Below the pieces are notes generated by a model that searched no databases, was not told the DNA's origin, and saw only the letters and a list, made by a program, of their open reading frames with translations. Positions 20,823 to 31,697 of a stretch of DNA of 64,000 nucleotides are shown piece by piece. Positions within the stretch are counted from its first letter, which is position 1, and each line of letters opens with the position of its first letter. Source of the DNA: a virus (taxonomy: Duplodnaviria > Caudoviricetes); IMG/VR virus record IMGVR_UViG_3300030085_002029, positions 588 through 64,587 of that record; one strand, given 5' to 3'. A program made the position numbers and the translations under genes.

Positions 20823-21953
20823 TTAATTTTTAATCCATTTAGATTTTCCTCTAAAGACTTGTACTATCTCGTCTAGCTTAATGTTTTGTAATCTTATTTT
20901 TGCGTTTCTTAACTGAGCTGATCTATCTTTTTTAAACCTTTGAACGATGTACTCAGGCACGTTACTTCTTGTTGACAGTATAGAATAAGCTATATGCATA
21001 TACATGGCTTGTTCTGCCATCTTAGGTATCTTCATATCTTCATCGTATGCTAAACCATCAGATATATATTCTAGTATAATAAGTTTATTAGCTATATTAC
21101 TAGAAAAACAAAATTTATTTTCTCTTCTATTTATATTAAACCACCCGTTCTTCTGAGCATACTGTGGTTCTAACCCATATCTTCTACCATAATTTAACTT
21201 CCACCAATCATAACTATAAACAAAAGTAGAGTCATCTTCTAAGTTTCCATTTATATCTTTAATGTTTTCTACTTTCCATCTTTCTTCAGCTAGAGACTGC
21301 GCGGCTAACAGGTTAGCTTCTAAATTATCGTGAGTAGGCACACCTTCGTCATCTTGTAAAGGTAACTCTGTAGGAGACATTGTTAAATTGTTAGTAGGAT
21401 ATATTATTCTTTGTATACCAGCTTCATCCACCCAAGAAACTTTAACGTAGTTTACATAATCTTGAGGTATAATAACAGATAAACTAGGAGGCACAGTAAG
21501 TTCTTGAGACTTTATAGATTTAAGTGTATCGTAACTAAATTCTTGTAAACCTCTTTTAGCATGAAAAACAACATCTTGTCGTTTTACCCTAGGTATTAAT
21601 TTATCAGTTCCAACATACGCTACTATAAAGTTGTTTATAACATCAACTAACGATATATATTCATAACTTCCATAGTTATTATGTGTAGCTGGTTGAGATA
21701 AACTAACTACAATTATGTCGTCTTCAGCTGGTAAAAACTCAAACTGTACAATGTTAGGATATACTAATGTGTAATCATCTTGATTAACCTCAGCTCCGTT
21801 TAATGTTACACTAAAATTAGTATTAGATACCCCAAATACCGTGTCTAGCAAATCAGTATTAAAAGTACATTGAAAAGCACTTTGCATACCATTAGCTACA
21901 AAGCTTTGTTGTCCTGAGTAGTATTGTGCGTTAGTCTCTGTTATTAATCCCAT
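20823..21953 (-). CDS. Tail tubular/ring protein
   Basis: 376 aa; IPQDYVNYVK, ILEYISDG; lies between capsid and nozzle genes. Confidence 0.6.
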   Translation of the reverse strand: MGLITETNAQYYSGQQSFVANGMQSAFQCTFNTDLLDTVFGVSNTNFSVTLNGAEVNQDDYTLVYPNIVQFEFLPAEDDIIVVSLSQPATHNNYGSYEYISLVDVINNFIVAYVGTDKLIPRVKRQDVVFHAKRGLQEFSYDTLKSIKSQELTVPPSLSVIIPQDYVNYVKVSWVDEAGIQRIIYPTNNLTMSPTELPLQDDEGVPTHDNLEANLLAAQSLAEERWKVENIKDINGNLEDDSTFVYSYDWWKLNYGRRYGLEPQYAQKNGWFNINRRENKFCFSSNIANKLIILEYISDGLAYDEDMKIPKMAEQAMYMHIAYSILSTRSNVPEYIVQRFKKDRSAQLRNAKIRLQNIKLDEIVQVFRGKSKWIKN

Positions 21954-21956
21954 TTT

Positions 21957-22946
21957 TTATCTTTTTTGATTAGCTTCATTAGCTTGTAATTCTTGACCAG
22001 CTGCTTGTATAATTTGAGGATCTCTTACTATAACGCCAGCATATTTTAATATCTCTAATATAACTTCAGTTTGAAAATTATCACTTAATTCAAAGTCTTG
22101 AGAACCTGTGCTAGGTATTATAGCGCTTGCTCCAGTGTAAACTTGATCCCAAATGTATTGATCTAAATCGCCTAAACCGTAAGCCCAAACAACATTTTTA
22201 GGTTTTCTAATATAGTTAAAGGTAACATCATTAACATTTGCGATACCAAAACTAGCAGGGTAAACTTCTAGTTTATCTTGCTGATATGTAGCTATTGGAA
22301 AGTTTTTGCTAGGTTGTAGTATTGGAGATAATACCTGTTGTTTATAACTACGCTTGTCTAATATGCTTATTTCAGGACTAGAAGGTATTAAAGTATAATA
22401 TACAGATCCTAATCTATAAACACCTTGCGTAAGTGCTGTTACTCTAAATGTCGCTGGCTCTAAGCCTGTTTCACTAGCTATTATATCACCTACTTTATAC
22501 CCTTTACCAGGTGTGATTAACGTAAAGTTTTCCACATTTCCACCTAAAGTAAAAAGTTCAAGATCACATCCTGATCCTGATCCGGTCACAGGTGTGGTTG
22601 TCTGCACACCATCTAATACATCTATTCCTTCAAATACTAGTTCTAACTCAACGACTCCAGTTGAATCTGGTTGAGTATATATGTTAGGTGGCTCAACAGT
22701 GTCAGCTACCTTAGTTTCTTCAAAAAACTGAATCTCTTCATAAGCGTGATCTACTTTTGATGCAAATTCAGCTTCTAATTTTGGCATTCTTAAATATTGA
22801 CTATAATCATCGAACAGTCTTTCAAATATTTCTAATTGAACTTGAGTTGCTAGTTTGTTAAACTCATCTGGTGTTAAGTATCCTCGCTGCTCTTTGTTAA
22901 GTATACTTAATACTGTTGTATATACTGTGTTTACGTTTATAGCCAT
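21957..22946 (-). CDS. Head-tail connector/ring protein
   Basis: 329 aa; ILNKEQRGYLTPDEFN, YIRKP..VVW; synteny. Confidence 0.6.
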   Translation of the reverse strand: MAINVNTVYTTVLSILNKEQRGYLTPDEFNKLATQVQLEIFERLFDDYSQYLRMPKLEAEFASKVDHAYEEIQFFEETKVADTVEPPNIYTQPDSTGVVELELVFEGIDVLDGVQTTTPVTGSGSGCDLELFTLGGNVENFTLITPGKGYKVGDIIASETGLEPATFRVTALTQGVYRLGSVYYTLIPSSPEISILDKRSYKQQVLSPILQPSKNFPIATYQQDKLEVYPASFGIANVNDVTFNYIRKPKNVVWAYGLGDLDQYIWDQVYTGASAIIPSTGSQDFELSDNFQTEVILEILKYAGVIVRDPQIIQAAGQELQANEANQKR

Positions 22947-22960
22947 ATCTTATTATGTTT

Positions 22961-22989
22961 AAAAAAAAAGGCGGCCGCATAGCCGCCTT
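22961..22989 (-). terminator. Intrinsic terminator
   Basis: Stem AAGGCGGC/GCCGCCTT with an A9 run on the plus strand. Confidence 0.85.
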
Positions 22990-23004
22990 ATTTATTATCA
23001 CTTG

Positions 23005-23766
23005 TTATTTTAGTTTTTTCTCTATTGATTTATAAACTTCTAAACCTTCATCAGTTTTAAACCAAGCTGCAAGAGCTGAGTAAGGGTTTTCGTCAAATGG
23101 AACAGTCATTAACTTTCTTCCATTAGATCCCCATTTAAAAGTTCTTTGATCATCAGCAAGTCTTAATATACCTTGCTCTGTAGCTACAATTCCAAAGTTT
23201 CTTATTTGTACATTTTCGTCTTGAGCTAACTCAATAAAAAGCTGTGGATTTTTCTTAGCGAAAAGTAAAGTGTCTCTTTTCAATTCTTTGCTACTCATTT
23301 TAGTAACTGAAGAACCAATTTCTACTCTCATTATAGCTTCCATGAAATCTATGTCCATCTGTAGTGCTGCGTTCATTGCTATAACTTGCATTTCTAAATC
23401 TTCAACCACTGTTGAAGCTACAGCAACTTCATCATGCTCATTAAATATAACACCCTTGTGAGGATGGTGAGCTAAAAATTCTTGTAAATTTCTTTTTTCT
23501 TTAGGTACCATTAAGTGTCCATTCTCAAACACTACGTGTTTTAATGTTACTTGTCCTTGCTGTTCATCGACAAAAATACTTTCTTGATTAGTAGCATACC
23601 TTAATTCTCTTTCATAGCCTTTTTCTGGATCAAACCAAACTAAAGGGTATCTTCTCGTGTGCTTGCTAGGTATAGTATGTGTTAATGGTGTTTTATTACC
23701 TATTAAATAATAATTTCTATCTTTATACTCCCATTTAGCTGGAGTTTCTTTTACTTGTTCTTCCAT
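23005..23766 (-). CDS. Conserved structural-module protein downstream of the capsid gene
   Basis: 253 aa ORF in the structural operon. Confidence 0.5.
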   Translation of the reverse strand: MEEQVKETPAKWEYKDRNYYLIGNKTPLTHTIPSKHTRRYPLVWFDPEKGYERELRYATNQESIFVDEQQGQVTLKHVVFENGHLMVPKEKRNLQEFLAHHPHKGVIFNEHDEVAVASTVVEDLEMQVIAMNAALQMDIDFMEAIMRVEIGSSVTKMSSKELKRDTLLFAKKNPQLFIELAQDENVQIRNFGIVATEQGILRLADDQRTFKWGSNGRKLMTVPFDENPYSALAAWFKTDEGLEVYKSIEKKLK

Positions 23767-23786
23767 AATATATAATATAATAATTT

Positions 23787-23815
23787 AAAAAAAGACCCCG
23801 CCTAAGCGGGATCTT
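23787..23815 (-). terminator. Intrinsic terminator after the capsid operon
   Basis: Stem AAGACCCCGC/GCGGGATCTT with an A-run on the plus strand. Confidence 0.75.
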
Positions 23816-23828
23816 GTAATATAAAAGT

Positions 23829-24161
23829 CTACGATTCCGCAGGACCTGATAGTTCAACCGCTTGAAGCACCATATAACCTGGTGTCACGATTATTCCTTC
23901 AGCTCCCCCGCCTATAGCTATAGCTGCTGTACAATTTGCTAATTGTGCATCCTCTCCAGCTTTTGTTAATACGTTAGCCTTTTTTACTTTAGCGTCGTCA
24001 CTAGAACCTGCCAACTCTTTTATAAAAGGTGGCGTTGTGTAGGTTAAAGCCGCTGCATTACCATTTGCGTATGTTACTACAATAGTACCATCGCCATCTG
24101 CTATTGCTTGAATCCCATCTAAATCCCAGATGGAACCGTCATTTGCTTGTATGATTGCCAT
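23829..24161 (-). CDS. Putative capsid decoration protein
   Basis: 110 aa, Ala/Gly-rich, directly after the MCP and before its terminator. Confidence 0.4.
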   Translation of the reverse strand: MAIIQANDGSIWDLDGIQAIADGDGTIVVTYANGNAAALTYTTPPFIKELAGSSDDAKVKKANVLTKAGEDAQLANCTAAIAIGGGAEGIIVTPGYMVLQAVELSGPAES

Positions 24162-24188
24162 AATTTCTAAATTTTAAATGTTAATAAA

Positions 24189-25646
24189 TTACGCTCCTCT
24201 AAATAACACGAAGTTATTAGCAGCTTGTGTAACTAAACATCTTTCAGATAAGAAATTAACTCTCATAGCATCAAGATCAGAAGTGTATGCACCACCAACA
24301 GAACCAGTGATCCAAGACTTATATCTTCTGTCTTCAGTTTCAGAAGCTCTATATCTCACATGTAAGAAAGGACGTCTGATGTTAGTTCCTAACATTTGAT
24401 CATATACTGTAGTAGTTCCAGCAGGTACTAATACACCATCGATTACTTTGTCCATTCCTCTAGTAGTAGCATCATTTAAGTATTTCCAATCAGTTTTGTA
24501 GAAGTCATAAGAACCTCTTCTAAAACCTGAAAATCCAAAGTTTAATGCCATTTCAGCTTCGTTATCAAATAAACCATAAGAAGCAGCAGCTGTAGAGTTA
24601 TAGCCTCCACCAGCTTGAGCAGCTATCATATCATCAAAATCAAGAGCAGTAGATCTTGATAAGAACAACATGTTTTCTTCAATAGCACCTTGCTTGTCTA
24701 GTTGCTTAAGTATTTCGTCAAAATCAGCTAACGCACCGTTACCTGGACCTGCAGCACCTGCAAAACCAGAGTATATATTTCCTCTATCTTCGATAGCAGC
24801 AAATAAACCTTCAGTACCTTTAACGTTAACAGCTCCTGAGTCACCATATGCAAAAGTTACTCCAGCATTGTCCATTTTAACACCTTCAACCATAGACATT
24901 TCTAAGTAATCGTCAAATCTTAATCTTGTTTCAGATTCAGATTTTAGATACCATAAATATCCAGATGTTCCATCTTCAGTTGCAACTTCAACCCAACCGA
25001 TCTGAGCAGTGTCAGAACCATTGATTTCAAAGTTATCTTTTAAGATAATAGGTGAGTTAGAATACTGAGTAAACTGTGGCTGAATAGTACCAGACATTCC
25101 AGTGGAACCTTTAGCAAATTCAGAACCGTAAACAAATAAGTCAACTGGCCCTTCTTTTATACCAGCTGGTAAGTTAGCGAAAGTAGTTTCATAAAGAGAA
25201 ACTGTCAACACATCTAAATTTGCACCAGTTACGTTTTGAACTAAAGCTTTAGCTTCAGTTAATCCAGTAGCACTATCTGTTATCAAAATAGTTTGACCTA
25301 TTCTAACAGCACCGTTTGGATCTGCACCTAGTGTAAGAGTGATTTGAAGCTGTGTTGCTTCACCATCTACCTCTTCAACTTCGTTTTGCTTATAAGCAAC
25401 GTGTAGTCTATTTTGTTCAGACCAAACAACTTGATCAGATGTCATTGGCATTTCAGCGCCAACCATTCTCAAGAAGCCAGATAACGTTCTGTTTCCATAA
25501 CGCTCTACTTCTTGTTCGTACAATTCAGGAAGATATTGCTGTGCAAAATTTCCTCCTTCCTCGCCGGTAAAATCTAAATAGTTTGTATTTAGAGCTAACC
25601 TCTTTGGTTGAGGTTGAATACCGGGAGTCATATCAATTAATCCCAT
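24189..25646 (-). CDS. Major capsid protein
   Basis: 485 aa after portal and scaffold; QQYLPELYEQEVERYG, WSEQNRLH, GTEGLFAAI, NFLSER; highly expressed-type codon usage. Confidence 0.85.
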   Translation of the reverse strand: MGLIDMTPGIQPQPKRLALNTNYLDFTGEEGGNFAQQYLPELYEQEVERYGNRTLSGFLRMVGAEMPMTSDQVVWSEQNRLHVAYKQNEVEEVDGEATQLQITLTLGADPNGAVRIGQTILITDSATGLTEAKALVQNVTGANLDVLTVSLYETTFANLPAGIKEGPVDLFVYGSEFAKGSTGMSGTIQPQFTQYSNSPIILKDNFEINGSDTAQIGWVEVATEDGTSGYLWYLKSESETRLRFDDYLEMSMVEGVKMDNAGVTFAYGDSGAVNVKGTEGLFAAIEDRGNIYSGFAGAAGPGNGALADFDEILKQLDKQGAIEENMLFLSRSTALDFDDMIAAQAGGGYNSTAAASYGLFDNEAEMALNFGFSGFRRGSYDFYKTDWKYLNDATTRGMDKVIDGVLVPAGTTTVYDQMLGTNIRRPFLHVRYRASETEDRRYKSWITGSVGGAYTSDLDAMRVNFLSERCLVTQAANNFVLFRGA

Positions 25647-25664
25647 TTTTATTAGTTTTAAGTT

Positions 25665-26792
25665 TTATTTTTTTCTTGTTTTAATCTTCAACTTAGAACT
25701 GTCAACGCCTGATACAGCTTTAACTTTAAATCCATTTATAAATATATCTTCATTGTTTTGTGGCCTAGAAGCCGTTTCAATGTTTTTAGATTTATTTACT
25801 ATGTCTTTAGTTGCATCTGTTTTACCTTGCTCATAAAAATGTTTGGCTATATCATCTATATTTTGCGCGGCATAAAGAGCTTTGTGATAATTTTTGTAAT
25901 CAACGTTGTCTTCTCCGGATAGAAACCTTCCTACCAGACCTTGAAGTTTCCCTTGATTTTTTATTACATTATCAACATTTTTAACGTTATATCTAAAAGT
26001 TTTTTCTCCTAAGTTAAACTCAAAACCTTTGAAATCCTTAGAAAAATATTCTTTAGTTGCCGTTTCAAATTGTTCCATTTTCTCTTTTCTAACGTCTTGT
26101 TCTTCGTTGTATCTATTGAAAAAATCCATAGCTTTTTGTTGCTCTTGACTAATCGAGGGTTTCAACTTGATCTCCTCGTAATATTTAGCTTTTGTTTGTT
26201 CCAAAAAGTTTTTGGCTTTTGCAATTTCTTCTTTGTGAGCAAGTTTCTTTTTTCTTATATCTCGCTCTTCATCCACTTCTTCATCAAATGAAAATCTATC
26301 TTCCATAATAAAAGATATCTCATCATGATCTAAATGTGGTTTAGTACTTTTGTAATACTCTCGCAGTAGTGTATTTTCGTCTACGCTGTCAAAATCAGTA
26401 TTTAATCTAACGTAGTCGTTTAAGGTACCACCCGTGTCTTTCATAAAGTCAACTACTTTTTTAAGGTCTGTAGGAAGTTCATAAACAGTTTCTTTAGTTT
26501 CAACAACTGGTTCTTGTTTTTCTTCTTTTACTTTTGGTGTTTCTACAGCTTCAATAGTGACCTCATCTTTTTCTACTGGAGTTTCTTCTGTTGTAGTTTC
26601 TTCTTTTTTATCTACATTTAATTCCACTATTTCTTTTTCTTCTTGTGGTTTTTCTTCTTTTTTAGCAGATAAATCTACCTTTGATACAGTAGCGTCTTTA
26701 TTTAGTTTTTTAGGTCTACCAGGTTTTTTCTTTATTTTAAATTCACCTTGTTCTAACTCGCCTTGAGCATTTTCTTTTATTTCTTCTGACAT
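25665..26792 (-). CDS. Scaffolding-like protein
   Basis: 375 aa, acidic low-complexity N-terminus, helical core, HFYEQGK; between portal and MCP. Confidence 0.65.
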   Translation of the reverse strand: MSEEIKENAQGELEQGEFKIKKKPGRPKKLNKDATVSKVDLSAKKEEKPQEEKEIVELNVDKKEETTTEETPVEKDEVTIEAVETPKVKEEKQEPVVETKETVYELPTDLKKVVDFMKDTGGTLNDYVRLNTDFDSVDENTLLREYYKSTKPHLDHDEISFIMEDRFSFDEEVDEERDIRKKKLAHKEEIAKAKNFLEQTKAKYYEEIKLKPSISQEQQKAMDFFNRYNEEQDVRKEKMEQFETATKEYFSKDFKGFEFNLGEKTFRYNVKNVDNVIKNQGKLQGLVGRFLSGEDNVDYKNYHKALYAAQNIDDIAKHFYEQGKTDATKDIVNKSKNIETASRPQNNEDIFINGFKVKAVSGVDSSKLKIKTRKK

Positions 26793-26814
26793 AATATAAT
26801 ATAATAATTAATAA

Positions 26815-29202
26815 TTAACGTGACAATAAATCACTGTACTTCGCATTAAAATCTATAGGAGGTCCATCAGTTTTTCTTTGGTTTATCATTTCACTTTGTT
26901 GACTTCCTTCTAGTTTAATCCGATCATCTTTTCTTTTTTCTATTTCAGCTTCTTTAGCTTTAGTAGCTTGCATATCCATAGACTTTAACTGCATGTCAAA
27001 GTCGTATTTTATCTGCATTAAGTTTTGATCTATTCTAGCTTTGGCTTCCATCTCACTGATCTTAAATTGAGACTTACCTTGCTCTATTTGTAGCTGTGTT
27101 TCAGCTAGTGCTTGTTGTTTTTGCATTTCTGCTAGAGCTGCTCGTTCAGCCGCTTTAGCATTGGCATCTGCTTGAACAATCATATTTTCTTGCGCTCTAA
27201 GTTGATCTTCAGCAGCTTTCTTTTTTCGTCTCATTTTTAAGACTTGATTAGCTAATTTAAGATTTTTTATTTCTCTTATTTCTATAGCATCTTCCAAGAA
27301 TATGCTTTGATTTTGTAAACATATTTGTATACTCTGTTCTAGTTGAGCTTGTTCTTCTTCGTCTGGCGTTAGTTCTAAATATATACCAAACTCAAACAAG
27401 TTTAAATTATACATGTCTTGTAATGTGCCGACGTTGTAAGAGCTTATACTAGATTTTAAAGCTTCTCTAGTTAGTGGATATTCTAAAGCGTCGTTTATTC
27501 TTAGTGATATATTTTCGCAAATTTTAGCCGATAAATACAAACTAGCCTGCACGATGTGTTTTGTAGCTGTGTTGCTATTTGCGGCTGCTAGTTTTTGAAG
27601 ACCAACTAAAGAATCTTTATTGGGAACAGATCCATCTCTTGCCTCGTTGAGACCTGTTACATCTCTCATCATTTGCAAGTAATACTGGTAAGTTTGTATA
27701 AGACTTGCCATTTTTTGACCACCACTAGATGTTTGTAATTCTTGTATTGGAACTTTACCTGGATTCATACCACCATCTTGCGTCATGGATCTACCAACAA
27801 TACTACCAGTTTGAAAGTACATATTTAAAGCTTCTTGTGGGTTATATGTAGTTCCGTTTCCTAAATCAACCTCAGCTAATCCGTCAACATCTAAAAACAC
27901 CCCATCAGGAACTGTTCTAGCTAATACTTGTTGTAACTTTAAATGAGTTAACTGTATCATATCAGCAAAACTAGTCATACGACCAACTAAAGATTCTATT
28001 CTACCTTTATACATTTTAGGCGCACATATGTTATAACTCATGTTTACCTTACATAAATTTGAGTTTGGCCTAGTCATATTTTTCGACATACCCCAACGCA
28101 ACATCATATCGTGACCTAATATTTTAGCTCCACTATATAATACCTCTATAGATCTACTTATTCTTTCAAAGTTATCACTTTTAGGTGGGTTAAAAACATC
28201 TGTTTTTTCTAAAGACTTTTCTAATCCAGTAGCTGTTTGTTTAACCTTCCACACTTGGTTAGTGTAGGTTTTGTATTCAAAATAAAGTACAGCTATATTA
28301 TTACCGTCTCTTCTACCGTTGTATTCGTATATATAACTTTCAGTGCCTGGATATTGCTCTATTCTTTTAAGTTCTTCGTCTGTTAAATGAGGAAATTCTT
28401 TTTTAAGTTCATTAAGACTTATGTATTTAACTTCTCCAACATACCATATATCTTGAAAATTAGGATCATTAGTATAAGAATATACTAAATTTGCTGGATC
28501 AACGTACTTTACTGTAACACCTTCAGATAGATTAAAATCTGTTTTAACCGCTCCTATACCTAATATAACTAAGTCTTCTGCTATTCTTCGTCTAGTTAAA
28601 TCATATTTATTAAAAGCTAATGTATTTGTAATGGCTTCTTCTTCTGCAATTTCTATAGACTGCTTATAGGTTAATTGCATGTGAACGTTTAGCTCTTCTT
28701 TGTTTTCTGGTAACTCTTCAGGGTTGGATGTAGAATACATGTCCATTCCTGTAGTTTTAGATATTTTTTCAATTAACGATTTAGCTTGTATATCTCTCAT
28801 TAAAGCTTCAGCATAAGCAGTTCTAGTTCTTAGTGATTCTGGATCTTGCGCGTATGCTTTAACATCATATAATTTACCATCCATTCCATTAACAACGATA
28901 TCAACAAACTTAGGTATGATAGGTACTGGTTTCCAGTCTAAATTAAGATAAGATAAATCTCCATTTATAGCCAACTCATCTTTGTATTTTTGAACTGGTT
29001 GTTCTGCTCTAGCGTATAATCTTAAGTTTCTAAAATTATTAAACTGGGTATTATATCTCCCTGAAACTGTAGATCTAGTACCACTAAACCAATCTCCTTC
29101 AATAGCCCTAGCAACTTGTCTACCGTAATCTATACTTTCTTTGACCTCGTCAGGTACAACCTGATCTGGAAAAGAACTACCATTATAAGTTTTTATTTGC
29201 AT
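26815..29202 (-). CDS. Portal protein
   Basis: 795 aa; PIIPKFVDIVV, DVTGLNEARDG, C-terminal Gln-rich coiled coil; follows the terminase. Confidence 0.85.
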   Translation of the reverse strand: MQIKTYNGSSFPDQVVPDEVKESIDYGRQVARAIEGDWFSGTRSTVSGRYNTQFNNFRNLRLYARAEQPVQKYKDELAINGDLSYLNLDWKPVPIIPKFVDIVVNGMDGKLYDVKAYAQDPESLRTRTAYAEALMRDIQAKSLIEKISKTTGMDMYSTSNPEELPENKEELNVHMQLTYKQSIEIAEEEAITNTLAFNKYDLTRRRIAEDLVILGIGAVKTDFNLSEGVTVKYVDPANLVYSYTNDPNFQDIWYVGEVKYISLNELKKEFPHLTDEELKRIEQYPGTESYIYEYNGRRDGNNIAVLYFEYKTYTNQVWKVKQTATGLEKSLEKTDVFNPPKSDNFERISRSIEVLYSGAKILGHDMMLRWGMSKNMTRPNSNLCKVNMSYNICAPKMYKGRIESLVGRMTSFADMIQLTHLKLQQVLARTVPDGVFLDVDGLAEVDLGNGTTYNPQEALNMYFQTGSIVGRSMTQDGGMNPGKVPIQELQTSSGGQKMASLIQTYQYYLQMMRDVTGLNEARDGSVPNKDSLVGLQKLAAANSNTATKHIVQASLYLSAKICENISLRINDALEYPLTREALKSSISSYNVGTLQDMYNLNLFEFGIYLELTPDEEEQAQLEQSIQICLQNQSIFLEDAIEIREIKNLKLANQVLKMRRKKKAAEDQLRAQENMIVQADANAKAAERAALAEMQKQQALAETQLQIEQGKSQFKISEMEAKARIDQNLMQIKYDFDMQLKSMDMQATKAKEAEIEKRKDDRIKLEGSQQSEMINQRKTDGPPIDFNAKYSDLLSR

Positions 29203-31428
29203 TTATTTTATTATTTGTGATAAACTACCTTCGTTGTTATATTTTTTTATACCCAAGTTTATTTTTTTCATACCTCTTTCTGCAACAGGTTTGTATCTAT
29301 TTTTATTACAAGCCATTATAGCTAAACCAGAGCTAATAGTAGCATCGTGTTTAGTTCTATTGTTTATATTGAAAGTGGCCCAGTCTTCTAATGTTTTTTG
29401 AAAATACATATCTCCAAAACCATCTTGTAATTGACCTACATATGTTTCTATATAACTTTCGATAGCCGCTGCATGAGCTTGTTTAATATCTTCACTTGAA
29501 TTAGGTATACCACCTATTTCTTTTTCTGTTGTAGAAAGTTTGTTCCAAACTCTGTCTGGTCTATTAATACTAAATCCTCTATAACCTCTACGTTTTAAAT
29601 AATACAAAAGTCTAGGTTTATTATTTTCACATAATATAGGCATTCCATAAAAAACACAAGCCATTAATATTTCTTCAAAGAATATCTCAGCTGTTTGTGG
29701 TCTAGCTATATATTCTAAAAAAAAGTGATTAGGAGGTGCATCCTCCATTGAAAACTTAGTTAATCCATGAAGCGATCCATTAGAACCCTTACCATCAACA
29801 GTACCACTAATGTCGTAGCTATCACATCCAAATGCTCCAATATGTTCGTTTCCTGCATATTTAATACCATTCTTAATAATAACATTGTTTTGTAATTGAA
29901 CTGGTGGTACCCAAGAAATTAAAAATCTACCAGTAGCGCCAGGTATAAAAATCACTCTACTATCTTTTATACCATTTTCCCACATAAAACCACCTCTAGT
30001 AATAGCAGTTATATTATTTATTTCTTCGTTATAATCTATTTGTTGATAAATTTTTGTTAAGTTAAATAAACTGTCCTTTGTTTCATCTCTAAAAGCATGT
30101 TGCTCTGTACGTGGAAACTGTCTATAATATTCATTTAAACTATCGCTGTCATTTTTTAAACCTTCAACCTCATTTTCCCAGTGTTCAATGACTCCAACTG
30201 TAATTGGTAAACCATCAATTCCTTTTTTTTGATCTTGTCCTGAAGTGAATACAGGTAATCCAAAAGTATCCATGAATCCTTCATAGTTCCATTCCATAGG
30301 TATGAAGAAAGAATAGAGTCCGCTAGCTGTTTGTCCGTTTCTATTTCTTTTTGTAACGTCTGAACTGTAGTATAATTTTTTAAAGTTTCCTCCACCTTTG
30401 TCTAACGCATTTGATGTTGAGCCCATCATACATTTACCTACTATTCTACGTCCTAGTCTTAATGTAGTTTTTGTAACTCTCCAGTTATTTAATATATTGT
30501 CAGGTCTTTCCCATTTACCACTTTCATCATGAGCTAACAACTTTAGCTTTTCACCATCGTAAGAGTTGTCACCTGTATTTTTCCAATCAATAGTTGTGTC
30601 TAGTCCTTGTAATTCTTTTAACTTAACGTTAGTGTCTAGTTTTCGTCTAGTAAGCTTTGAAGCTGGGACTCTATATGCCAACTCGGTCTTAGGACGATCC
30701 ATACCATCTTGGATCGGTTTGAAGAAAAACGGATAGTTAACGGATATCGGCACAACTTTATCTGTGAACATTTTTTTAGCATCAGCTCCAGACTTTGAAA
30801 GTATACCGAATCTGGAATCAGAAGATATTGTTGCTTGGTTAACCAGTTCGGCTGATGACATAAAGCTAAATCCACTCCGTCTGTTTTTAAGGTAGCACAT
30901 TCCATAACATCTGTTATCTGCTTTACAAGCTTCCCAGAATATAAAGAAGAGTCTATTTGATTCTCTATAATCTGGTGCTCCAACGTCGATCTTTGACCAT
31001 TGCAAGTACATATAGTGAGTACCTGTGATATAAGTAGGGCTACCGTTATTATAAAACCAATACCCTTCATCTCTTCGTTTAAATTCTTCATCTATATAAT
31101 CGTACCATTTTTCTTTAAAATCTGTAGGATATTCCTCCCAATCAAACCTACTTTTTATTTTTGCTAGTTCTTTGGGATATTCTTGTTTTTCCCAGTATTG
31201 TTCCTCTTGAACCTTGCTTCGTTTAAATGGTTCATCTTCTGCTGGTAATGCAATACGTAGGTTTTGAATTTCAATGATCTGTCCAATTTTACCTGTTTTA
31301 CTTATACAAACAAAGTCATATTCATCGTTATAACCATATTCCCATTTTTTATATCTATTTTGTTTAGATAATATCTTAGGATTTATAACATCCTTTACTT
31401 CTTTCCAAAGTGTTTGCTGATAACTCAT
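29203..31428 (-). CDS. terL: Terminase large subunit
   Basis: 741 aa; KNRRSGFS Walker A-like, LAHDESGKW Walker B, GST motif, nuclease GCDSYD and HDATISSG. Confidence 0.9.
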   Translation of the reverse strand: MSYQQTLWKEVKDVINPKILSKQNRYKKWEYGYNDEYDFVCISKTGKIGQIIEIQNLRIALPAEDEPFKRSKVQEEQYWEKQEYPKELAKIKSRFDWEEYPTDFKEKWYDYIDEEFKRRDEGYWFYNNGSPTYITGTHYMYLQWSKIDVGAPDYRESNRLFFIFWEACKADNRCYGMCYLKNRRSGFSFMSSAELVNQATISSDSRFGILSKSGADAKKMFTDKVVPISVNYPFFFKPIQDGMDRPKTELAYRVPASKLTRRKLDTNVKLKELQGLDTTIDWKNTGDNSYDGEKLKLLAHDESGKWERPDNILNNWRVTKTTLRLGRRIVGKCMMGSTSNALDKGGGNFKKLYYSSDVTKRNRNGQTASGLYSFFIPMEWNYEGFMDTFGLPVFTSGQDQKKGIDGLPITVGVIEHWENEVEGLKNDSDSLNEYYRQFPRTEQHAFRDETKDSLFNLTKIYQQIDYNEEINNITAITRGGFMWENGIKDSRVIFIPGATGRFLISWVPPVQLQNNVIIKNGIKYAGNEHIGAFGCDSYDISGTVDGKGSNGSLHGLTKFSMEDAPPNHFFLEYIARPQTAEIFFEEILMACVFYGMPILCENNKPRLLYYLKRRGYRGFSINRPDRVWNKLSTTEKEIGGIPNSSEDIKQAHAAAIESYIETYVGQLQDGFGDMYFQKTLEDWATFNINNRTKHDATISSGLAIMACNKNRYKPVAERGMKKINLGIKKYNNEGSLSQIIK

Positions 31429-31697
31429 TTACTTCTCCCTTCAGCAAACTTAAATACTCTTTCTTCTTTAACTTCTTTAATCTTACCACTTAACTTTTCT
31501 TCTTCGTCTTGTATGCGTGTTAGTATTTCAAAAGCGTCAAATATAGCTAGCTTTTTTGTAGCTGCTGCATTTTTTAATCTATCGGCAGTAACGTCTTCAC
31601 CTGTATCTACTATAGGTTCTTTTGCAACTTTTATTAGTTCAGCTACAGCTCGTTGTCCTGCTTCTATTATTTTCTTTTTGGTTTCCTTCGTGTTCAT
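31425..31697 (-). CDS. Possible terminase small subunit
   Basis: 90 aa helical protein overlapping the terL start. Confidence 0.4.
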   Translation of the reverse strand: MNTKETKKKIIEAGQRAVAELIKVAKEPIVDTGEDVTADRLKNAAATKKLAIFDAFEILTRIQDEEEKLSGKIKEVKEERVFKFAEGRSK

